Shown here: in pieces, positions 51,275-62,887 of the stretch
Layout of the letters: each line of letters begins with the position of its first letter
Numbering within the stretch: position 1 is the first letter of the stretch
Origin: Azolla caroliniana
Lineage: Eukaryota; Plantae; Polypodiophyta
Direction: 5' to 3'
DNA: 64,000 nt
Assembly: GCA_043228905.1 (NCBI GenBank)
Contig: JBHGNT010000020.1
Coordinates: 14,756,001 to 14,820,000, forward strand
Notes under the pieces: model-generated
What the model saw: the letters and a program-made list of their open reading frames with translations, nothing else
What the model was told of the DNA's origin: nothing
Databases searched by the model: none
Program-made: the position numbers and the translations under genes

Positions 51275-53815
51275 TTATGAGTGAAAATTGTCGCTTTCCA
51301 AGTCTATTCCATCATTTTCAAACACATCTGATGAACTTGTAGCACATTCTGAAGTCTTGTCCTCCTCCTGACTGGTGACTAATGCATTATCTTCATCTAA
51401 TTGCAAGCCAACTGAAATGTGGTTACGTGACATGCTTTTTGTTTGTATTTGTGTTGTTTCTTGAGCTACATTAGGGATCTTGTCTTTTAATATCTTGATT
51501 GTAGTTTGTTTCGGATGGCCTATTTTGGTTAAAAAGAAGTCATACACAAGTACATCAACAGAATCAAGTGTGAGAGTTGATATGCTAGATACTTTTTTTC
51601 TTCTTCACTTTTGCGTGTGCCTTCGACGACGCCCTTGACCATCTCTAAAGAATACTTTCTAGTAAATGCACCAGGGGAAGATGTGTGATACCAATGGACT
51701 GGAATTTACTTAAGTTGATTGCTTTGTTCATTCTTCATTATCTCAAGAATCTTAGCAACCCAAAATGGATGGTCAAACTCTTTATCCCCCACTAATGTTG
51801 CAACCAACATCCCAACTTGTAGCTCATGTAAATTTCCTTGCCATCTTGCCTGGACGTAAATATCTCATTGTTGTGGGTGAACTAGATTATTGGGTTCCAT
51901 ATTATCTACTAATCAATGCTGAGAGGTGGACACATTTGATGGAATACTAACAGTCCATGTGAACAAAATTTGGAGTGGCCAATATTCGGCAATATAGTTC
52001 TGTAAAATTGTGCATTGGTGTTCGAAGCAGATACCCCACTAGTCAACACCAAGAATTTCATCATTTGGGTCCTGGGATATGAAGTAAGAACTTATAACCC
52101 TCTTGTGGCTCCTATTGTTTACTTGATGAGTACTGTTTCACAAACAACAGAGTTGTATTGTGGCTTATAACATCTCGTTTGATTACGAAGACATGGTTAA
52201 AACTAATATTATTAAGAGGTGCAAGAACCTTGATCTTCATCCCATCACCTACATTGCAGGAGAATTTGGAATCATACACCTCATTCAAATTATGTACTTT
52301 TCGTTTTGGTATGTAGGCTTCATTAATAAACTTGGTTAGCATGGGAAGCGTGAAGGCATCACATCATGCCAATTTCTTAGAGAATCTACTGAAAATTTGA
52401 TCTATATGATCATGTGTATGTCCAACAAGCAAGAAGTTTACCTTGATCTTCTTGAATATACCCTTTTCAACTAGCATACTCAAATAACGAAAAACCGTTG
52501 AGTTTTTGTTCTCTCTAGCTGTGTTGTCAAGTTGCACATATAGAATAGGTGGGAGTATACTTGGCCATGATTGTAACACTCTTTGCATGACTGTGATTGT
52601 CAAATTTGGGTCATTGTGAATATTGGGATAGGTTAAGTATACACATGGCTTTATTTCTTGGGAGTACAACAAACAACAAATTAAATGTATCTGCACAAGG
52701 CATTCATCTCCAATACCCCTTGGCATCCTTTGAAAGTGTGGCAAGCAAGTCTTGTTTTGATCCATCCCATCAATAATTATACACATATACTTTTAAGGTG
52801 ATTGAAGAGCTTTTTGATGTTGACGCATAGCTTTACACAGTTCTAGTGCTTGACTCTCACAATGATCTTTCAATAGGTTCTTAGAATGTTTTATTTTGTC
52901 ATCATATTTCCCACCACTTGCACAAACTGAACATACACCCATGCGAACCTTACGTGGTATAATGACATTATTAAATTGCAGCCTCCATAATCTATTGACA
53001 TGTCGATAGTGTACATCAGGTACACCTTGTAACAACATGTCATCCTTATATTCTTGATAAACCTCATGTCGAGTAAAGTTATTTGACAACGGCAATCTCC
53101 TAGTAGTAGGCATGATATCGCAATGCTTAGAGAAATAGACATGCATCCAATTTATTCAATGAGGCCCTATAATTCCCTTACCTCCAGAAGCATTAGTATT
53201 GAACGGTATCCACAATCCCTTTACCATACGTTCTTGAATCCTTTGAAGCCTCATGTTCCCAATATTATGAGCAATTTTAAAAGCAGCTCTACAACACTTA
53301 ATACTTAGATCAAGGAAATATTCCACATGCGTCAATGTAGCCCTTGTGCCTTGATCTCTAACAAGTTTCATATCTGTAATAAGAAATGTATCTTGTTCAT
53401 CACCATTAAGGCATAGATTCTTCGTAAATTTATCTTTCCAAATTTGTTAAGGCATAGATTGCCACAACATGACTTACTCAAATCTCAAATAATCTAACGA
53501 TCAAAACATAGAAAGTTAAATCTCTTGTAGCTAACTTGTCAAGGAACTTGTTTAAGGGTTGGTCTCAATAAGTTCACCTATCGAGATTTCATTCAACTCA
53601 CTACTAGCACATTGCAAACTAGTATTTGGCACATTCTTATGAGGATCGATTGAAAAAAGTGTGTTAGAGCTAATATCATTATCACACTTTGATCGTTCAA
53701 GCAAATCCTTTACTAGACTTGGAACATTGTACTTGACGATTGAGAAATATGGGCTACTTGACTAGGCATAAGGGTCCACAGTAAACAAAGAACCTCTACT
53801 CGAAGTGGAAGACAT
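51275..53815 (-). pseudogene. Sola-like / DUF7869-type DDD transposase, degenerate, with C-terminal Tudor/BAH-like barrel
   Basis: ORFs 53156-53371 (CCRAAF), 52793-53146 (FNNVIIP..MGVCSVC), 52364-52786 (IIDGMDQ...LYVQLDNTARENKN...FLLVGHTHDHIDQIFS); 51640-51830 LQVGMLVA...PFWVAKILEI...VHWY; several stops. Confidence 0.8.
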
Positions 53816-54177
53816 GTGACAAGGAGCACTCAAGAAACAAAAACATGTTACTTCAAATAGATAAAAATCTTTCTTAATTTAGCACCTGCTTATGGAGTGA
53901 ACTATTTTTATCACAAAGCAAAAAAACATGCATAATTTATTTATTCTTTTATAAACAATTAAATTGTATAAATTTTTAAAAAAACAAAAAACAAAATTAC
54001 TATATAAAGGGTGGCACTACCCTCATTATCAACATCACTTATCAGACGATGACAGAGCTCAAAGTACAAAGCAAAGAACTCAACACTCATCAACAACCAC
54101 TCATCATGAACAAGAGCAAGATTCTTAAAGGATTCCTTAATAATTTTGTTGTTTAAGACATGATTCTGATAATAGCA

Positions 54178-55105
54178 CAAGAACTCGATGCACTACAATG
54201 AGTTCTCTATGCATCTAGATCTTGTAATTTGTAAGAGAACTTGATGCAGTGCATGGAGTTCTTTGTGTAATATTGTAAGAGAACTCAATGCACTACATCG
54301 AGTTATTTGTGTAATTTGTAAGAGAACTTGATCTAGTGCATCGAGTTCTCCTACAACACTATGAGCACTCGATGCACTACATTGAGTTCTATGTGAAAAG
54401 AAGACAACTGAATGCAGTGCATCGAGTTCTCAATATCGTGAGAGAACTCGATGCACTGCATCAAGTTCTCACACTTTTTCATAGAGAACTCACCATAGTA
54501 CACCGAGGTCTCTTACCTAATATGAACCAACAGAGAACTCACTGCAGCAAGTTCTCTACGCTAAACAAAGGGAGTTCTCTACCCTAAACAAACAAGCAAA
54601 AAACTCGCTCCAACGAGTTCTATATGGGAAGGAAGAAAGTAGAGAACTCGTTGCAATGAGCTCTCTTCGTAAAGCAAGAGAACTCACTAAAATGAGTTCT
54701 CTATGAGAAGGAAGAAAGCAAATAACTCGATGCAGTGCATTGCGTTCTCATATACTTTCAACGAAAACTTAGTGCACTACATTGAGTTCTCTCATAAAAA
54801 CGATAGAACTCGATGCACTGCATGGAGTTCTCTAATGAAAACAAGAGAACTCGATGCAGTGCATCGAGTTCTCTCATAAAAACAATAGAACTCGATGCAA
54901 TGCTTCAAGTTATTGTTGAAAGTATAGGAGAACTCGATGCACTACATCGAGTTCTCTAATAAAAACAAGAGAACTTGATGTCTCATAAAAACAAGAGAAC
55001 ACCTATAATACAACGAGTTCTCTCATTAAAACAAGAGAACTCACTGCAATGCATCAGATTTGTGTATAGTAATAAGGGGATCTGATGCACTACATTGGAT
55101 TTAAC
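54178..55105. repeat. Array of ~20 palindromic units, consensus AGAGAACTCGATGCA(C/G)TGCATCGAGTTCTCT, period ~41-43 bp
   Basis: Perfect 31-bp palindrome at 54844-54874; degenerate copies at 54179, 54234, 54278, 54321, 54441, 54803, 54927 and others; shorter variant (gaactcgctgcagcgagttc-like) at 54532-54702. Confidence 0.95.
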
Positions 55106-55335
55106 CAAAAAAATGTGGAAAAATGCCATGAAAAGGTTACAGATTAACTTGTAGATTAAGTATACTCGTAGATTAATTATACTTTTTTATGACACACTTA
55201 ATTTATCATGGATTTTTCATATATTTTGGTGTCTTCTAATGTAATTTTTACTCATAAACTTGTGTATCATATGCCAATGAGCCACGTCAAAAATTTCCCT
55301 CCAAATTAAAGGTTCTGTCTCCGCAAAACCATGAC

Positions 55336-58300
55336 ATGGACAATAAGTCGAGGAAAACTTTATTCAAGTTAGGAGGTGACGGAACTTCAAAAGCTTCTAT
55401 CAGAAAGACCAAGGGAAAGAACCTAATGCTTGTTGAAGAAAAGATGCTTCCTGAGCCAAAAATAAAGAATTATTTAAATTTGGAGTGGAGCTTCTCATAT
55501 GTCGAAGAAGATGGAACTTTACTTATATTTGCAAAGACTGAAGGAAAAAGAAAGCTTGAGCTAGGTAAAACTTTTACTTATGGAAAAGTTCAAACTATCG
55601 AGTATGAGGATAATGATTCAACAAATATCTATATCAATGTTGAGAGCTTAGGTGGTACAAGGCGTGTACTTGTGGATGAGGAGAACCTAATAATAGAACT
55701 TTGTCACCCAAAAATTCTTCGAAAGGATCTACAAACAAAGAATAATTTAATTGTTGCGCTTAGACCTTATATTATCGGTGAAATGATAACGAAAGAAGAT
55801 GAGACGCCGCCAAAGTAGTTTTGAAAATATAATTCAGAGCAGAAGAAACTCATAAAAAGGAAAAAACTTGAGGAGGAAGAAGTCAAACTTCTCGAATATT
55901 CGGAGGAGGAAGAGGAAGAGGAACTAGAGGTTGTCCCTCTAGGTGGGCATATCTCCTTTGGTGTATTAATTTTTGAACAGAATAAAATTTGAGAGAACTA
56001 AGACGAAGCTTGTGTAGAAGGGTCAACTCTTCCATCTCCCCATCACATCTATTCATCTTTTTATAGACATCATAACAAGGAGAAGACCGCTTGAAATAAG
56101 AGAACCACATTCAGTGCAAGTTCAAAACTTGAGTAAAATGAAAATTAATCCACATGCGACTGTCGTGCCCTTTTTTGTTATGGTGAACCTTGACCAATGT
56201 CCAACAGTTGAGGATTTCAAATATAGTTCATCAGACGATTACACCTATTATGTCATTGGAAGTTATCATTCTATTGAAGCTAGGAGACAACTTGTGAAGG
56301 AGTATCCACTAACCCCATTCTTCAAGTATGTTCAATGTAAAGTTTACGTCAGACTTACACATGAAGAGGCAAAGTTGTTGGCTTGGGACCATAACAATGA
56401 CAATGATTATCGACAAAAGATGTCTTGTATTGAAAGCTCATGGATTAGAATCTTTTATTATGAATATCTTGATACATTGAAAAGATGTGGTCCCAAGCTC
56501 CATCCTAATTTGCGTCGACAATGTTTGCTTGAAGTTGGGATAGCTGTAGACGAAAGAACGAAATCTGAAGGCTTAAGAAAATAAGATTCATGGTTTCCAC
56601 TAGCATTTCGAACTAGTGAGGTATGGGATTTGCAGGACAAATCTTTTCAATGTGGGAGCGTAAAGAAATAAAAGGTCAACGAGCCAAAAAGACTAGATTA
56701 AACCCTCAAGTTGAGATAAAGGCAAAGTCATAGAAAAGTTTCTTGATTATCGAAGAGTTGCCTGAAGATATGAAGCTCTTGCCATGGCATTCACTACAAG
56801 GTATCAAGGACGAAAGATTGTTAATATATGTGCTTTCTCGAGTGGCCACAAAAGAGTTTTCATTAGATGAGATGGTTACAAAATTCCAAAGTAGTAACTA
56901 TGTTTTAGACATCATCTTGCTTTGAATAATTCTACATTTCTTCACTGACGACATATTTTATTTCTTCTTTAGCCACAAAGTATATATGAAAATTCAAGAG
57001 TTGATGATGAAGAAGCTATCCCTGCCAACATGGGAAGAAGTTGAACATGCATGCCCAATAATATCATCATACAAGGCTTTGAAAGATTTCTTTATTGTAT
57101 TTAGAGAATGGGTAAGTGTAATTGTGGTTGTAGATATGTTGTGATTCTTGGTTGTGTTGTTTAATTGCTTTTGTTGTAATAATATTCCTAACAAAGTTGA
57201 TAATTGTAGAAACCACCTCGTTCGAAGAAAACAAGTGAGCCAAGTTCATTTATCACGCACATGGAAAGAGCTAAATATGAGAAGATGATGACAAAAGGGA
57301 AGGAGCTAGATGTGCCTGAGGATTCAGAGACAGTTAAAAGTTTTTTGCACAGGGCCGACCCTTACTGACAATTGCACTTTAGTGTGTTCAATAGGGAAGT
57401 GGCTAATATGCTTAGCATATAACTGAAAAGGCACTACACATTGTGAATAGTAGGCATTCCATATGGATTCCGCATCACGGGATCTATGTAAGATGGTGTG
57501 CCTTTCAAATATCCTCAAATAGAAAAAATGGTGAAAGACTTCGCTGAGTTGACCCTTGCACCATTGTGGCGAATTGTGATTTTTCATAGCATGGGTCAAT
57601 TTTTATGTGTAAAAATTGCATTGACGTCGTGTTATCATGCTACCAAACATATGCATTGGTAAGTTATAGTATTACATTTGTTTAAATATGTTGCAAAAAC
57701 ATTTCAATGTAACAATGCTAACATGTATCAATGGACCTAAGATTGAATGTGTGAATTTGACAGGATCCAAACAAACATTTATTTGTAAAAACTGCATTGA
57801 AGTCGCGTTATCATGCTACCAAACATATGCATTGGTAAGTTATAGTATTACATTTGTTTAAATATGTTGCAAAAACATTTCAATGTAACAATGGTAACAT
57901 GTATCAATGGACCTAAGATTGAATGTGTGAATTTGACAAGATCCAAACAAATATTACACGTACTCCATGCGAACGGTTGGTTAGTGCGGTTGAGAATATT
58001 TGTGTTGGTTACTATGACTCAATCACAAAGAAGAAGGTGCAAGCACATGTGAATGAAAGGAACGTTGTCAATTATATCATGTGCCCCGCCTTGACAAGAG
58101 AGCTACGCCATATATCTAGTGAATCTAGTGACAAGAGTTTAGTTAACCTTTACCAAAAACTGCAAAGATTGATCAACCACCTGATCAACCTCTTCTCCAA
58201 CCAGATGACTGGGTGCTAGATTTGTTCTCTGGAACAAGTATAGTGGATAAGTTTAATGACATATGTTTCGGTTATAGTATATGGATGCTATTGTGGTTTT

Positions 58301-58698
58301 TGTTAAAGACTAGGGAACGTAAATTCATTTGCTTTATGATTTCAGGTACTATGACAACATGTGCACTAAAGATGTTCAGGAACTCTATTGCTCTACAGAA
58401 GGACTCTGAACAAGTCAACTTCATCAAAATGTGGATCCAAGGTATCTAGGATTGTCCTAATGAAGACCAAGAAGTTGGAGCAAAGCATATAAACGAAACT
58501 AAAATATTCCAACTAGCATCTCGAGAATCAATGGAGCCAATTGATGAAGATGCAAGGGATCTTGTTGACTTGGAAGATGTATCAGAGTCTGACCAAATAT
58601 TAAATTCGACTGTGGGTATGGAAAACGCCAATGAGGAAGATCCACAATAGCCAACAAGTCTAGAAGAGCCTATCGCTCTAGAATTGTTGATAGACTGA
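55336..58698 (+). pseudogene. Intron-containing gene for a ParB/Srx-like domain plus beta-class N6A/N4C DNA methyltransferase, now disrupted
   Basis: ParB-like 56030-56450 (PFFVMV...YYVIGSYHSIEA...VY.RLTHEEAKLLAWDHN). Motif IV-like YTL*IVGIPYG at ~57435-57467, then WRIVIFHS, HW|I.TN...R...VENI, NLYQK.QRLINHLINLFS. Motif I DDWVLDLFSGT|T split by GT-AG intron 58238-58345, then ALKMFRNSIALQKDSEQV. Confidence 0.8.
57608..57951. repeat. ~177-bp tandem duplication of an exon end plus intron inside the methyltransferase gene
   Basis: tgtaaaaa.tgcattga.gtcg.gttatcatgctaccaaacatatgcattggtaag...gaca.gatccaaacaaa occurs twice. Confidence 0.9.
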
Positions 58699-59034
58699 TG
58701 GCATATGGCTTAATGTAATGAGCATGATGAATTTGAAAATCATTGACTTAATTAATACAATCTATGATTCAATGTAATACTTAACTAGATTGCATTCGAA
58801 TATATAGTCGAGTTTGATGTTTGTATATTTCTTAAGTACATATGTTGTTGCTTAGCTTTATATGGTTACATGTTTGATCAATGCATACATCATTTGATAA
58901 ATGCATAAATCGTTGGTACATAACATATTACAATGTCTGTGTTTAACAATCAATAGGAAGGCATAACTTTATCAATAGGAAAGCAAAATGTACAATTCTT
59001 TATTGTATCACTTCTTGATCGTTACCGCTCTTGG

Positions 59035-59560
59035 AGTCTAGAATATGTATTGTTTGAATCATTGCACTATGTATGCTAAATGTATATAGTTACATATTAA
59101 TTGTTGAAATTTGTCACTCCTAGAATCTTCGATAGTAGTGTGACTACTAACTATATGCTAAATGTATATGGTTACATATTAATTGTTGAAATTTGTCACA
59201 GATGGAATCTTCGATAGTTGTGTGATTGGTAAATGTATGCTAAATGTATATAGTTACATATTAATTGTTGTAACTTTGTCACTCCTAGAATCTTCGATAT
59301 TAGTGTGACTACTAAATGCATGCTAAATGTACATTGTTACATATTAAGTGTTGAACTTTGTCACTCTTGGAATCTTCGATATTAGTGTGACTTGATCATA
59401 GTTGTTGAACTTTGACACTCTAAGAATCTTCGATAGTAGTGTGACTTGAGACAAAAAGTGTAGTTGGAGAAACTTTACGATCTTAGACTCTATTGGAATC
59501 TTATACAACGTGAGTCAATCTTAGATAGTATGACTTTAGACATAAAGTATAAATTGTGCA
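59035..59560. repeat. Tandem repeats (~82-bp unit x4, then shorter ~50-bp units) with a gtcac...gtgac hairpin core
   Basis: tatgctaaatgtatat.gttacatattaattgttgaaatttgtcac.c.tagaatcttcgata.tagtgtgact repeated. Confidence 0.85.
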
Positions 59561-59899
59561 ACTTCGATTTTAATAGAAATTAGTTTAAGAGAGTTTCTAA
59601 CGACATTTTAGGTGTGACGTGATTCACCTTAAACCAATGAAACCCTTGTTTTAGATGTCTTTCATATTCGGAACCTCTAGAAATGCATTCATATATGTAG
59701 AATGAGGCTAAATCCAATTAATGTTGCATGGATTTTCACTTATTATGTAAGAATTGGGTAGAAAAATGTGACTAACTAAATATAAGATTATTGGTTTTAT
59801 TGTCATGAAATGTTACACTTAAAAAATGATCATATTTTAAGAATAAATGTATGCATGTGCATACCTTTCTGTAAAAGTCTAATAAAATCAAGCAATTCT

Positions 59900-60294
59900 T
59901 AATGAGTCAACCAGTTATGAATATCAGAATATGACATATTACCTGTTTCAAATGTCCTGGTGTTTATAATAGGTGTATAGTAGAAACAGAATCTAAATAT
60001 ACTACAATATTGAAATACACAAAGTAGTCGACACGGTAGATACACAAACTACCATAAATTTATATGAACCAAAATAGTCAATCAAATTACAATGCTCTTG
60101 GTCCCTTTTTATAGGTGATCCGAGAGTCTCTCTTCAAGATTTACACTTGCCATGTTCGGTAAGAACTACGGCGAAATTGTTTCAACGGTTTCTACCTAGC
60201 AAAATATAACAACCTATATTTAGTTCTATTTTCTGACTCATCAATTGACGTCGTCAATCCAACTCTGACTTTTTAACTTTTTTTACTCCCAACA
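59900..60294 (-). mobile_element. Probable continuation of the Tat-like gypsy LTR that begins at ~50743
   Basis: Reverse LTR signature ttacaa...cccttttttatagg (TATA on minus strand) at ~60090-60115; ends cccaaca. Confidence 0.4.
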
Positions 60295-61279
60295 TTGTCA
60301 ACTCCAACCTTCTGATCCTGAGTAGCTAACCAACCAAAAATCTTGATGTAATAATGTCTGCCTTATTTGAGGCACAACCTCGACCAAATTTGGTCGTTGG
60401 TGCTGGTATCGGGGTGTAGGCACAAATTGATCTCCTATGCATTTGGGTGAGACGGCATGTCCGCAACCTTGAGGTATCCACCAAGACCATGCCTTTTTAG
60501 CTAGGTGCAGAGCACCATGAACACTTCGATTGGCTTGATTGGCTCAGTTGTTTGGGGGAAAGGAAGAGAGTGGGAGCTTCTATGTAGAGATCAAAAAGGC
60601 GAAGAGCTTGGAGAGAAAGTTTGAGGGTTCTATGCGCGAATGAAGTTTGGGCCTATGTGGAACTGCTTGTTGTACATGGGTGAACGCATGGGAATAGTCC
60701 TCGTAACGAGGCGGTTGATGGACGCGATCATCGTGTCCGAAACGATCATGACATTGCTCGATCTATCGGACCAAGGTGGCGGCAACGTGGTTGAGCAACT
60801 TGTACTCACATTGGTTGACAATGCAAGCTCGGGAATGACAGATTCGTGTCGAAGTCGTGATCCTCTAGTATGACCGAGAAGAGGTTATCTTCTGGTTGGT
60901 CGACTTTAGAGGTGTTGCCACTAGTCGAGGTGGAATCGTGAACCGCGGCGGATTGGGCGTCTAATACTGAAGGCGACGATTGCTCTATGAGACAGGAGTC
61001 GATGATGCTCTCTTCTTGTTTGGCATGTCGGGATGCCTTCCAAGTGTCTCTGCCTTGGGGATGTGCTATTATGGTGGCTAGGGTTTTTCCTATGCGTGTT
61101 CACTGCGAACTCACAATGTGAACCGAGCATGCGAAATTATGTTACTCCCTCCGGGAGAACACTTTCGATTACCCCTCCTGAGTAATTGGGTCAAGGAATC
61201 TTGGCGCGTAAGAGACTCAAGGTCACGACATGCTAATGAGCGTGGATTGGATAGTGTACAGAGAATACGATGGACACAC

Positions 61280-61585
61280 TGTAGAATCGTCTACAACCGA
61301 TTCCCAAATACATCTTGACACAAACCAAACGCTATGTAGATATAGATATATAGAGATGAGACACACAAAAATTACTCACAAAGTATATATGTATATTCGA
61401 TTTTGATATAGCATACTAGTACAAATACAAGTGCTGAGTAGGATGGATAAACAATCACTCACTCATTTTGTCTAGTACTTAGGCCTAGTCTACTCTAATT
61501 CCCTTCTTTTCTGTGTTTGCTACTCCTCAATATATATAGTGCTCTTTCCACTTGACGCTTTTCTGCACCCGCTTCTTCCTTGACA
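61280..61585 (-). mobile_element. Probable LTR (solo or truncated)
   Basis: TG...CA ends; reverse TATA tatatatag at ~61530; LTR-like composition; no matching TSD. Confidence 0.4.
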
Positions 61586-61589
61586 TTCG

Positions 61590-62887
61590 GCTTCCTTGGT
61601 TCATTTCACATTTGTCCTACTTGTTTCGCAAGGTAACAACCATCGACATTGGAGCAACATCAAGTTTACGACATCGGGATCCCTCTAATCAATACCCTAA
61701 TCTACAACAAACAAATGACAGACAACAACAAAACTATGGCACGAAAATCACCAACACTGATCTACACAACAGTCATGGTGCACCAACACCTAATGCAACA
61801 GAAAACAACGATAAGAAACTCAATCAATTACCTCATTTTCAGATCTCAACCACTCAAGATGAGGGGTTGATAAACTTCATTGCCAAGCCTACCGCCAAGT
61901 CCGTGGCCACCAAATCCGCTAATTGAAGTCTTCGAACCTGAGGATGTGTCAATGTGTGCCGCCAACAACCAAACACCTCTTCTGCAGCTCTGATGTCGAA
62001 ATCATGAATCTGAACATACAAGTTCAGGTCACCTACAACCCTATCCCTTAGTGTATCCTCAAAATCTTGAAAATTTGGTAGTCAATCTGTCGGCTGATCT
62101 GCTACTCAAAGCCCTGAAGCTGAACAAAAATATGCCCGAAGACTCAAAATCGATGATTAGTCCACTGCCCAAATCTATTACTCGAAGCCTCAAACTTAAG
62201 CATACGAGTGGCGACCACATGCAACCTTGTGCATCTTCCATGAAAACAAGAAAACAAAGCTCTATATCTGAGGAAGTGGGTGGCGTCTGCCTGCAAGCCT
62301 GCAACTTCTCCAAAACAGCCTTAAAAGACAAACAAATTAGGTATAAAAAGAATAAGGTAAGGCTACTTAGTGACATCTATGATGCAACTAAGGACGAGGT
62401 GATTGAAAAGTCGACATGTCACTTTGTAACAAAGATAGAGTCTGACATATCCATCTTTGCAGCCATCATCGAAGCAGACAACTACGACACGGCCCCAATT
62501 CTCACCCTCAAGCAAGCATTAAAAAGTAAAGAAAAAGAAAATTGGGTTGCACCTATTCAATCTTAAGTCTCGGCACTCCAAAAGAATCACACATGGACAT
62601 TAGTACCTCGGCCTTGTTACTCCAATTTCAACAATTGTAAGTGGCTTTTTACAAAGAAATATGATGCCCTAGGTACTCCCGTGAGGTTCAAAGCAAGATT
62701 AGTGGCTCGAGGATTCTTACAAACACTAGGTGTGGACTACCATGCAACTTTTTCACCCACTCTAAAAATCACAACATTCCAATTGGTTCTCGCAATTACA
62801 GCATATTTAAATCTTGAACTTCACCATGTTGATGTTGAAACAAAGTTTTTACATGGTGATTTAGAACAATATATATATATACAGAAC
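61590..62887 (+). mobile_element. Copia fragment: integrase-RT linker and RT N-terminus, cut by a later insertion
   Basis: NHTWTLVPRP..CKWLF..RFKARLVARGFLQTLGVDY..TFSP..HHVDVETKFLHGDLE (62580-62887). Confidence 0.85.

Larger units (their letters stand above)
50850..59900. mobile_element. Putative ~9-kb DNA transposon (Sola-like transposase plus ParB-methyltransferase cargo); ends approximate
   Basis: Two divergent decayed genes, internal palindrome array, tandem repeats near both ends; flanked by what appear to be two halves of one gypsy LTR; no clear TIR seen. Confidence 0.6.

Noticed and set aside
54178-55105. CRISPR array
   Set aside because: Linkers are only 10-13 nt and similar to each other, repeats are degenerate, there are no cas genes and the context is eukaryotic
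55336-58698. Bacterial contamination or a restriction-modification operon
   Set aside because: The gene has GT-AG introns and stops, sits among plant LTR elements, and no endonuclease partner is visible
50850-59900. Helitron or CACTA classification
   Set aside because: No Rep/helicase or Tnp2 motifs; no CACTA termini or convincing terminal hairpin plus CTRR identified
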